DNA of 64,000 bases from Octopus vulgaris. Taxonomy: Eukaryota. Each line of letters begins with the position of its first letter. Position 1 is the stretch's first letter. A program made the position numbers and the translations under genes. The stretch is from the NCBI GenBank assembly GCA_951406725.2, contig OX597816.1, positions 107,818,001 to 107,882,000 of the forward strand, given 5' to 3'. Of this stretch, positions 52,406 to 64,000 are shown piece by piece. The notes beneath the pieces are model-generated. The model saw nothing but the letters and a program-made list of their open reading frames with translations. It had not been told where the DNA came from and did no database searches.

Positions 52406-53480
52406 CCTAGTGGTTAGGATGTTGCAAGATCGTGGTTTCGATTTTCAGACGAGGCAATGCGTTGTGTTCTCGAAGAAACACTTTGCATCAACTTGCTCTT
52501 CTATCACTTCGACATCTGATGCATGTTACATTGTGCACCTGTACAGGCAATGTTGATTTGATAGAAGTGGAAAGCTTATATGAACAGAAATATTTGATCA
52601 CTATAAACAAAAAATTAGCTGTTTGGCTGTTCAACAAAAAATCTTGAAACGTTTATCCGTCGACTAACGACAGGAAATTCCTTAATAGATATACATACGA
52701 AACCTTCACAAGAATTATTGGGAACTCAGCAAAAACTATAAAAAGAAAACTACAACGCTTATCAATTCGACATTTAATTTCCAAAGTAATCTCCTTCTGA
52801 ATCCTGCATCGTTTCCCTTGATGAAATTATTTCTGGAACTCCTTTTTATTAGCCAGCAGCGGCATCTTCGCATTCGCTTGGATTTCCGGGACGTCTTTAA
52901 ATCTTAGTTTTGGGATCACTTGTTATCACCATTTTCAGAAAGTTTTTGTCTTCCTACTCACAATCAAGGAAATTCTGTGCAGCTGAAATTTGATCTCCTT
53001 TTGACACGACCATGATCTACATACTTTAATCCTAAGCACTACTATAAACAACGAAGTGAGCAAGAGCTTACCACACAAGCTACTTACCACACAACCACTC
53101 CTGCACCTATATGTGTGTGTGTATATATGTATATACAGGAGCAGCAGACCATATAGTTACAAACGTTTTGTGCTCATTCTCAGTGATGGATACGTATGCG
53201 TTCGAGTTTGCAATATATAGAAAATAAGTGACAGCCTGTTGCAGACCTTTCAACAAGCAAATTAGCTATTTAATTAATCTCTATAAGAGATGAAAGTAGT
53301 GACTATACTTCAACGTGGCTGTTCCGCAGTTACTATAATTTTAGTTCCTGGAGGACGTCTCTTCCAGCAGGTTGTTCGATACGATCTGTGCCCGATATAT
53401 ATTGAACAAACACGCGCACACATATACATACAAACACAAACACACACACATATACATATATATGTATTTATGCATATATA

Positions 53481-53853
53481 TTCTTTTATTCATTATTTGT
53501 TTCAGTTTTTAACTGCAGCCATGCTGAGAACCGCCTTTAGTCGGAGAAACTGACCCCAGGACTTATTCTTTGTAAGCCTAGTACTTATTCTTTCGGTTTC
53601 TTTTGCCGAACCGCTAATGTTAGGGGAACGTAAACACACCAGCATCGGTTGTCAAGCGATGGTGGTGGGGAGACACACACACACACATATACGAAGGTCT
53701 TCTTTCAGTTTCTGTCTACCGAATCCACTCACAAGGCTTTGGTCGGCCCAAGGCTATAGCAGAAGACATTTGCCCAAGGTGCCACACAGTGAAATGAACC
53801 CGAAACAATGTTGTTCAGAAGCAAGCTACTTACCACACAACCACTCCCGCACT
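53481..53853 (-). mobile_element. Family-A SINE, full length
   Basis: Reverse complement homologue of 59525-59945. Confidence 0.9.
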
Positions 53854-53867
53854 TGTGTGTTTGTGTG

Positions 53868-53943
<76 letters not shown>

Positions 53944-54127
53944 TGTGTGTATATATATGTGTGTGTGTGTATATATATGTGTGTGTGTGTGTGTATATAT
54001 GTGTGTGTGTGTATATATATATGTGTGTGTGTGTATATATATGTGTGTGTGTGTATATATATATGTGTGTGTGTGTATATATGTGTGTGTGTGTGTATGT
54101 ATATGTGTATATATATAAATATATATT

Positions 54128-54158
<31 letters not shown>

Positions 54159-54964
54159 CCATATGTATACATAAATGTGAGAGTGCGTATGTATATTTAT
54201 ACAGACATAAGTACATACATATATACATATAGACACATATATATACGGTAAGCTTCCCAGTGTTTGTAAATATGTCGTTCAGTGTGTGTATGCCCCAAAC
54301 CCGTCAAAGCAGTGTTCCAGCATGGATGCATCACAAGTAGAAGAATGAAAGTTTAATGAAAAAATATTCTGAAGATGAGTAAGTTTAGACATCAGAAATA
54401 GATTTAAGAAAATCTATAAAAAATGGAATCTACACAAGTTTCGCTGGTAATTTTCGTATAGGAATAGAGGCATTCGCGTAAATGTTGACAGACGAGTTTT
54501 TCGCTTCTTCAATCAGTGGAACGTGCATTCTAGTGTGATTGTGCATTCTAGCGCAAATATACCTTAAATAGAATATTCAGATAAACTCGAATTAGTAGCG
54601 AAGTCAATCTGATAAAAAAAATATATTCCCGGAATTGTCTTCAACATGACGTCACATTTATCAACTACATTGTGTTTATCATACAAAACAGACAAATGAA
54701 ATGGCTGTTTATATAGGGTATGAATTCAAAAAACTTTATATATCGTGATATAGTATCTCACGGGTAGATTGGTTTTGAAACAGTTAAAAACTTCTCCAAT
54801 AAGACGCTGAATATAACATGATCTCCATAGGATATTATATGATCATAAGCATTTTAAGAATATATATTTTACACTAGTGAAGTTATGTGGCATTTTAGAT
54901 ACTTTATTTTACCTAGTTCACAGACATTTATTAATTTTATCAGCAATTAGACAAAGCAAACCGT

Positions 54965-55081
54965 ATTTGTTTTGAATACAGCGGCCATGTTGGAGCACTG
55001 CCTTTATTCGAACAAACTGACTCCAGGACTTATTCTTCGAAAGCCTAGTACTTATTCTATTGGTCTCTTTTGCCGAACCGC
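54965..55081 (-). mobile_element. Family-A SINE, 3' fragment
   Basis: GCGGCCATGTTGGAGCAC...CCAGGACTTATTCTT...GCCTAGTACTTATTCTAT...TTTGCCGAACCGC. Confidence 0.8.
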
Positions 55082-58000
55082 ATTTTTTGACTCCGGTTAA
55101 ATTAATATTGTCAAGGTGAGATTATCATAAGTAATATTAAAAAAATGAGTTAAACAATTTACGTTACATAACACACGCCAGTACATGGAACTTGAACTGC
55201 AATCATAATTCAATATGCATTCATACTCTAGCTTAATTATATACATGCAACTCACTCATAACAACTATACACACACATTTATATAACAGAATTCTGAAGT
55301 AGGATCCTACAGGACCCAACTCTCCTTGATGCGCTGCACAGAAAATGCACAGCGAATATACCATGAATATTACTGTAAATCTTTAAAATGCAGTAAACTC
55401 GCGATGACATTGCTATAAATTGTTAATGCATAAAATTAAAAGCAACTGTAGCTTAAAGTTATTTGATTCATAATTTCTGCAATATAGTAATTATAGTATA
55501 TGTTTTAGGCAGTTTATTGGTTGTTATTAACAAAGTCTAGAAGCTCTGAGCTTTGTACCCGATATTGTACCGTGGTCATTAATGATATAAAGTCAACGTA
55601 GACAAAAAAAATCAGTTATTGGGAGCCACTTTCCCAATTTCAAGAGTTTGATCTTTATTCTTTTCTTAAGGTAGCACAATATCACAAACTATCTCGCTTC
55701 ATGGGAATATTGATGGAAATAATTTCGTATCCATAAAGTTGCACGTGATAGCCTTTCAATAAATTTGTGATTAAATGTTACGGTATATTTCGTTATATCT
55801 GAATAACATTAAAAAAAACCCCAAAGAAATGAAGGAAAAATCATTCAGCAATCGCACTCACCTACCATAGAAATGCAATTTGCAAAGCTTCAATCAGGCA
55901 TGCAGGAAAATACTTACATAAACATATAAACACATTTAAGATCTCAACCGTGATGATTCATCAATTTAAAGATTGCATCAATTATCCATATATATTTTTC
56001 ATCGATTAATTAATCGCATTATTTAGTCTTTACTTTTCCAAAACGAGAAATGAAAAGTAGTTGGTAAAAAAAGGAAGACAAGAAAGATTAAGACGATAGT
56101 AAGTCCTTTGTTCATTTACTTGGCGCGCGCTGCAATGTTTAATTTCAATGGCCTTCATTAACTCCTGATTGTTACTACAATGTCATCCAGCGTAAAAATT
56201 CAATCAATTGTACGCAATTAACGAATATAAAATATTATTCTTCAATATAATTCCCATTTCAAAATTAAACGATCTTCCTTTGATATAGTAATTTGTATAG
56301 ACAAATTAATAAGCAAGCAAAAATGATATATATGGCAATAAATATCATACCGATAAACCTCACAGAAATGCGAGTACAAAAAGAAGAAAAGAAAAACGTA
56401 TACAATTTAATGCAAAGCTATAGTAAAAGCGAAGTTACAGTCTTTTATTACTACCGAAAAGAAGAAAGAGTAACTTTGAATATCCCGCAGTTCTTATACT
56501 ATATAATGCTATAAGAGTGAATGAGTCAAAATATAACAGTACCTCTTTATTTCTTGTCATATTTATGATCCTTATTAACATATATTCTCATCATTGCCAA
56601 CTATAGATTTACGTTCATGAGCATTGAGAAGTATATATCACTTTTGATCTCCAGCCGCTGAGTCATATCTGAAGCGTTCTAATCTACCTCTTTATGCTAT
56701 ACCAATATTCTTGAATGCTCACTTCATCGGTTTTATGAGCATTGTTATTTTAATAGATCTTTGTTCAAAAAGTAGCATCAGTATAAATGTATATGATCAA
56801 TTCAGTATAACGTTCTCAATATCTATGTACAGTAGTCGATGTGAACATCCTACATACAAAATTACTTCTATCTACATCAATATATGCCCATTACTCTCTG
56901 TATGTTTTTCTCCCCGTTATGCTGTGCGAAAAATATCTTCGTGTATCCGCGTGTAATGAAGGTTCGTGTACTTATCGAGAGAAATTTAACTTTTGAACTT
57001 AAATGAGTTAGTTTGTAAATATTGTAAGTATCGCGAATGCATGTATGCCGGCAAATGTGTATGTGTGTGAGAGTGCGTGAATGTGTGTGGATTGAAGTAT
57101 ACAGAACGAATGCAATTATAGATTTAAATATAATAAAAGAAATATCTTTGTTTCGGTTGTCTTTGAAATCACGCGCTGATAGCAGAATCAGCAGTCTGCT
57201 TGGAAATCCTGAGATGGTAAAGTAGGCGCTTGGCATTAATGACCCCTTCGTTCATAGCGAAGGTTTAAGGATCTGCATAACCGCTTGACTGACAGCTCAG
57301 TTATTTCGAATAAAGTTCTTTCTACTCTTGTAATCGATCAATGAATAAACAACTATAAATTATTATATTATACACACGCAGGCACATGCATATACATACA
57401 TATACATACATCTGCATACATATAGATATATATACATGTGTATGTGTGTGTGTGCGTGCGTGTGCACTTGCTTGTTTAAAGAAAATTATTCATATATATT
57501 GCACAGATTTCTGTCAAGTACATATGCCGAACACACACTGACCTACATATCTCTTCGCTGGTTGCAATGTCAGTTGCATATGTATATTTGTTTTCACGAT
57601 AAGGAAATTTCCACGCTTTCATGTTTGTATTGATTAATATTATTCACATTAAAATGCTCCATCTTACGAACAGGTGAGTGTTCAGCTTAGGAACTCACGA
57701 TAAAATCCAGTGGCATATTTGAACCCATGGCCTACCATCTGTTTCAACAATACTTATAATAGAATGCCTTGCTTTACATGGAACCTGTGTGTAGGGTAAT
57801 GTGAACGTGTGTACGTGCATCATACACACACACATACACATGCATATATATGTGTGTGTATGTGTTTATATATGAATATGTACACACATACACACACAGA
57901 TGCATATAGATAGATACATAAAATTTGGATTTGATGTTTCTTTTCAACGCTACTTGTTCGCTTATCAAGCTTGATGAACGGAAACAGTAAGATGTGATGA

Positions 58001-58372
58001 AAGGAAATCTTACCTTTAAATGAATAATGTAAACACTTGAAGTGTTTATTGAGCACTTTTTTCTTCAATTTTAAGTACACACACACACACACACACTCAC
58101 ACACACACAGACACACACATACACACACACACAGAAGCAAACATATACACTTCTGTTCGTGACTGTCCTGATCAGTCCAGCTAAGAGTGAAACACAGAGT
58201 GGACTGTCAGCTCTTTGAGGTCTATACCAGAAAACGTTTGCTTTACTTAGACATTATTATTGATATATTTCACTACTCTTCCATTACTTTATATAAGTAT
58301 ATGTGTGTGTGTGTGTGTAAGTGTATGTGTTTGTATACATGCATGCATAAGTACATACATAAACATACATAT

Positions 58373-59382
58373 GTCGAAAATTATCTGCACTTTAGATCAA
58401 TTTTTGGGGATGGTTGACCGCACTGCATTCAGCACTCGATGGTACTCCTGTGGTTATGTAAATGAAGTTTAACCTTGATCCCTTCATGTTTATTTCTTAT
58501 GTTTCGGAGTAAACACGGCCGCTCTGCTTGTAGTGTGCAACAAAGAACAGAGATCAGTGATCCGATTTCTTTGGTCTGAAGGTGTTTCAAGACCTGAAAT
58601 TCATCGAAGGTTTTCAGAACAATACAGGGGCAGTAAAAGTGTGTATGAGAGCTTATCGAAATGCATAAGCGCAATCGTGTAGAGATGGTGAAGACGATGC
58701 TCTTTTGGAGGAAATAATCACAGGAAATGAGATCTGGGTCATCACTTTTAGCCAGAATCTAAAACGCAAGAGTGGTGTGAAAACACACGGAATTGCCAGT
58801 GAAAAAGAAATGCATGCCTCAATTCCGCAGAAAAAGTCACGCTAATCATTTCTGGGAACGCAAAACAACCTATACTGGAATATTATCCGGAAAAGGGGTC
58901 TATAATCACCAGCGTAGGCTACAGTGAAATACTGGCTAACAGACTGAAGTCACCAGTTCGCAACAAATACCGAGGTCTATTAGCAAATGAAGTAGTCATT
59001 GTTGCACAACAAAGCACACATACGGCCGCTTACACCGTTGAAACCATCACTGAAAATTTGGGTTTGGATTTGCTGGAACGACCTGCATATAGTCAAGATC
59101 CTGTACCTTCCACCTATCACCTCTTTGGACTGTTCAAGCATCCTTTACGTGGTCTTCGATTTGCTACGGACCAAGAAGCGCAGGAATCAGTGCATAAATG
59201 GGTGCGCGACCAGCCGAAAACCTTCTTCTATGATATAAACAAGCGTGTGGCTTGTGGACAGCTCGAAAAAGGGTATCAGAAAGCAATGAAACTATGTCGA
59301 AAATGGTGTAATTGTCCAACCCCTATTTTAGCTTTAATAGATTATAGAAGTAAGAATGCGTATAATTTTTAACTTTCCATCG
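58373..59382 (+). mobile_element. Decayed, internally deleted mariner-like transposon
   Basis: EQRSVIRFLWSEGV..EIHRR N-terminus; IITGNEIWV; LHNKAH; PAYSQDPVPSTYHLFG (YSPDLAP-like); LRGLRF. Degenerate TIR-like ends GTCGAAAATTATCTGCA and TGCGTATAATTTTTAACTTTCCATCG+TA. Confidence 0.85.
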
Positions 59383-59524
59383 TATATAACCGATTAAGAC
59401 GACCACGAACCACACAAACGCCTGTCTTAACTGAAACAAATTAGCTTTGCTACTTAGTGGCCAGCATAAATTTTTCAAATGATCAAAACGTAAATAAATC
59501 GTAAAGAAAACTTACACATACATA

Positions 59525-59945
59525 GGCGCAAGAGTGGCTGTGTGGTAAGTAGCTTGTTAACCAACCACATGGTTCCGGGTTCAGTCCCACTGCGTGGCAT
59601 CTTGGGCAAGTGTATTCTGCTATAGCCCCGGGCCGACCAATGCCTTGTGAGTGGATTTGGTAGACGGAAACTGGAAAGAAGCCTGTCGTATATATGTATA
59701 TATATATATATGTGTGTGTGTATGTGTTTGTGTGTCTGTGTTTGTCCCCCTAACATAGCTTGACAACCGATGCTGGTGTGTTTACGTCCCCGTCACTTAG
59801 CGGTTCGGCGAAAGAGACCCATGGAATAAGTACTGGGCTTACAAAGAATAAGTCCCGGTGTCGATTTGCTCGACCAAAAGGCGGTGCTCCAGCATGGCCG
59901 CAGTCAAATGACTGAAACAAGTAAAAGAGTAAAGAGTAAAGAGTA
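59525..59945 (+). mobile_element. Family-A SINE, full length
   Basis: GGCGCAAGAGTGGCTGTGTGGTAAG head, GGTTCAGTCCC B-box-like motif, AGTAAA(A)G tandem tail. Confidence 0.92.
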
Positions 59946-62613
59946 TACAAACACACAGATATGTGCTAAATTGATATTGATATCTGTGTATGGGTGTGTG
60001 ATTATATGCGTGTGTTCGACGCGAGAAAGTGTAGGAATATTGTAAATTGTACATGGCTTTAACACGTTTGCTCTATACCCTTTAGAGGCACATTAATGAG
60101 TTTATGAGAAATGGACGAAGTTATCCTTTGACCAAATGCTTGTGAAAGTTGTCTTGACAAAAGGTGTTCAATAAGTATATGTACCAAACTGAGCAATAGC
60201 TTTCCATCTCCATACCCAAAATACCATACCACACTCTTATCAAAAATAGAGGAAAACCAACTAACGAACGAAGACGTCTCAAATTGTCATTATATCATCT
60301 ACAAGTAGCCGCCAGATTTTCCCCTTATTGATACCCCACCAGCATAAAAGGTGATGTGTTGCCTGAACATAACATGGTATGGGTATGGCTGGAACGCTTT
60401 GATAATAAGTTTGCTTGATTAGAGCTGAACAGGAGCAAAACAAAAAAAGCAACATTATCATCGTCTTCATTATCAACATCGTCGTCGTCATCGTTATCAT
60501 CATCTGCAGCAGCAGTAACAACAACAACAGCAACAACGGCAGCAGTAGCAACAACAATAACAACAGCAGGTAGATTTGTCTCGCACTTCCACCATCCGGG
60601 AACCTCCAATGCACAAGTTTCTCCATTATTGATCGTCCTTTTCGCATCCAACTCTTCACGCCTACCACTGATCACTATTGCCATTTTTACCTCCCTTGAA
60701 CAACAGCTCTCGGGAATCTACTCTTAACTCATATCTTTCAGGTGGGTATTAGCTTGGAACAACTTTGCCCGAATATTAAAGACAGCACCAAACTGATTGG
60801 TCGCGGAGGGTCTACAATAGTCTCGAGCACTAAGGTTTCCTTTAGACTCAGAAAAATGAAAGCAAGAAGAACCATTGCAACTACAGATTTCGTGCTAATT
60901 CAATAATTTCGAGCCAGTCATTCTTTTAAGTTGTTTCGCCAATCAGTGAATTTATTTGTTTCCGAGAAATACTTTAAACCTCTTGTATTATTCAAGATAC
61001 TGCAGGTGTATTTAGACAGTGATTCGCTGGTGAGTTCTGTTAAGACCCACACACGTCTGGAGTTGTTCGAGTACTACTAAGTATTAATCTTAGGTTTCAC
61101 TAATATAACTATGCGTAACTAGTATTGATTAATTAAAATTTTAAAGGCGTCTCCCTAAATTTTTATTAGATTTCGTCATAGAAATAATGAATGATCAATT
61201 CTGATCAATATTATTAATGATATTTATATGTATTAAAATTTATTGGTACACTACATAAAGTATAGTAGCGCTTATTTTACTATTGAGTTTTCATGCAGTA
61301 GGAATGTTATGTTATTCCTTTCTGTCCATCTATTAATTCAAAATTCGATATGGTAGTCTGATGAGTTAGTCTCTCCTCTAAAAATCACATCAAAACACAT
61401 GTATAAAATATATACATAAATACATTTTATAAGTTTTTCAACACCAAATATATTGACAGCATACAATGTCGTAAAATCACGAAGTTACACAAAACAAAAA
61501 TATGCATTGATTTCCAGTATATTATCGAGACTTACTTTCTCAGTCGCAAAGAGATGGATGACTCAGTCAACTGAGAGCCGGATTTGAAATCCGAATGTCA
61601 GTTATAAGGAATAGAAAAGAAAAAGAAATCAAGTAAATGAAAAGCTCGTAAGTAAATTCAGCAACAAATTTTACCAAGAGATGTAACTAAGCTGTCATCT
61701 GCTGTGATTATTATGTTCAGATGTTACATTGGTATATAATACATAGCTCTCTAACGTTGGTACAAAGGACACAATATCATTCAATGCTTCCAGTGCGCCT
61801 GCACACATACATGTGCACAAATTTATATGGCTGGGAATATGACGGCTCATTTTATGGCATAGTATCAGCCATAAAACTTGTTCCTTCTCAGTAATAATAT
61901 CCTGTCATTTATTTAATAATTCTCTTATTAATTTCTCGGAAACCTTGTCTATTCTCTTCAGTCATGCTTTCCCTTCTAACCACTTTTCATTCTTACTCGT
62001 GCAGAATCTTGTTTCCTATCATCATTGTTCATAATTTACCTTCTTTATTGATAAATAATTTTCATCTTTTCTCTATTAGCTTCAGCTTCTAGCATCTTTC
62101 CTTCCGTTAATTTTATTCATTTTCTCCTGTATAAAACTCTTCGTGCCGTTCTTTATTCGCCCCACTTTGTTCCTAATTCTTATTTCCTATGTTTGGTCCG
62201 TCCCCAGTTTTTCTATGTATCTTCTCTGCCTTGCTCGATTCAAATCTCCCTGTCGTGCTCTATCATTGTCACCGAGCTCAATCAACTGCCCCTCTTAATT
62301 ACTGGCCCACCAAGTTCAATTACAGTATCAAAATAATTTAAGAAGTAGTTGCTCCTATATATTTGGCAACTCCAGCGTGTAACCTTACTTAATTTTTACG
62401 AAGGAATTTAAGAACACACTTATTAATATATAGATAGCTGGAAAAGTTCCATATCTATGATATACCGTTACACAGACCTTGCAAATAAAGCTAGAAATAA
62501 GGTTACTTCCGTACATATAATGGAATGCAAACATAGACGTCCTATCTTCTTGATACTGATTTGTTCTAAAATGTTTGCGTTAAATCGACGGGTAAATAGT
62601 GAGAGAGTGAGTG

Positions 62614-62664
<51 letters not shown>

Positions 62665-62768
62665 CAAGCAAACGTTATTGGCACAAACATACATAAAGAT
62701 ACGCATACACACATAGAAATGCGTAGTACGCACATACACACATCATAAACATATACGTTCATTTTCTC

Positions 62769-62803
<35 letters not shown>

Positions 62804-64000
62804 ACTAATTTTGTGTTGGTTTGTGTCCACATGCCAGTAGCGTCCGTTTGACCCCACCTCTCTCTCTTTCTCTTGCACACAAATGTTTAGCATCCCCTTT
62901 CCGTAGTATAGCAGATTTTTACACCACAGGAGTCTATCTTTAGCATCTACTATAGTAATACTCTAGTGTTTCTCTCTGTCACAACATATGAATGAGAAAG
63001 GAAGGAGTAATAGATGAATAAGGAAGGAAGGGGTGATGGCAAACTTGCTAGTGTTGATGATGGAAGTTCTACGGTGAAAAAAGAAAATCAAACAATGCTT
63101 CAACTCTGTGTGAATATGTGCGTGTATATGTAAAAGGGAAGTAAGTCAATGTGTGTGTATGTGTTTGTGTGTGTGCAATGGAAGTGGGGAGGCGAATATT
63201 CAACGCTGCAAAGAAAATTCAAACAGCATTTCAATTCTGTGTGAGTGTATGTATGTATGTGTGTGCGTGTAGAAAGGAAATATGTGCATATTTGTAACTG
63301 TAATTATTATGTACTTTATTTTGTACCTTATTATATATATAATATACTACAATTAGCCGTTATTTTTGACGGCATGGAGCCAGCTACTTTTAATATAATA
63401 CAGTATAATAGATAACATAAAATATTATACGACTCTGTGTGTGTGCCTGCGCGCGCGTATATAGCGCATATCCTCCCCTGATAACCCAATGAGCCTGCTA
63501 GTATTAGTTATGCAGAGCTTGCTTTCAACAGGCTCAGCACCTCCATCTACACGATACACACACACACACACGTACATACACACATACACATACACACATG
63601 CACACACATACACACTCACACACGCGCACACACATATATATGTGTGTTTGTGTATATATGCGTGTATATATATATATGTATATATTGATAAACTGTATGT
63701 TTATTTTATTTATTTACCTTCTTGTTAAGAACGATAGTTCATAACATTATTTATATAGGTAAAAAAAACCCAGTAAATTCTTTAGGTATTTAATATCCCT
63801 TAGGTGGTTAACACCTAACTAAATTTATACACACACATATTCAAATATATTTAATCATAAGGCTACTTCATGAAGGAGACGCTGGCACTAGCCGAACAAA
63901 AGTGTTTCTGTGCAGACGCTCAAACTACTAGAAATAGCAACCAAATATCCTTCAAATCAATGAAAGTGTTTCTGTGCAGACGCTTACACTAACATTTCAA

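Noticed and set aside
60279-60684. Poly-Ser/Thr/Asn or poly-Leu/Asp ORFs suggestive of an exon
   Set aside because: Degenerate trinucleotide repeats read openly in several frames; no domain or splice evidence, though RNA-seq could overturn this.

Overview
AT-rich, microsatellite-saturated eukaryotic DNA. The abundant tRNA-derived SINE families resemble those of Octopus, so this is most likely intronic or intergenic coleoid cephalopod sequence (inference). I can support no host protein-coding gene; most ORFs in the track are translations of (TA)n/(TG)n/(TATG)n repeats. Recognisable content is a full-length decayed Tc1-like transposon (13075-14331), a decayed mariner (~58.4-59.4 kb), LINE fragments, many SINEs and a 2.4-kb tandem duplication. 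The most striking signal is a dense set of Penelope-like element (PLE) derivatives. Four loci carry GIY-YIG endonuclease sequence, including a very young 3.07-kb inverted duplication with two intact, divergently oriented nuclease frames. About a dozen hammerhead-ribozyme (HHR) motifs from several families also occur, many with minimal palindromic stem III and variant cores. Most of these elements are fold-back structures or short non-coding cassettes abutting (TA)n tracts. All calls were made by eye, and coordinates of degenerate elements are approximate.
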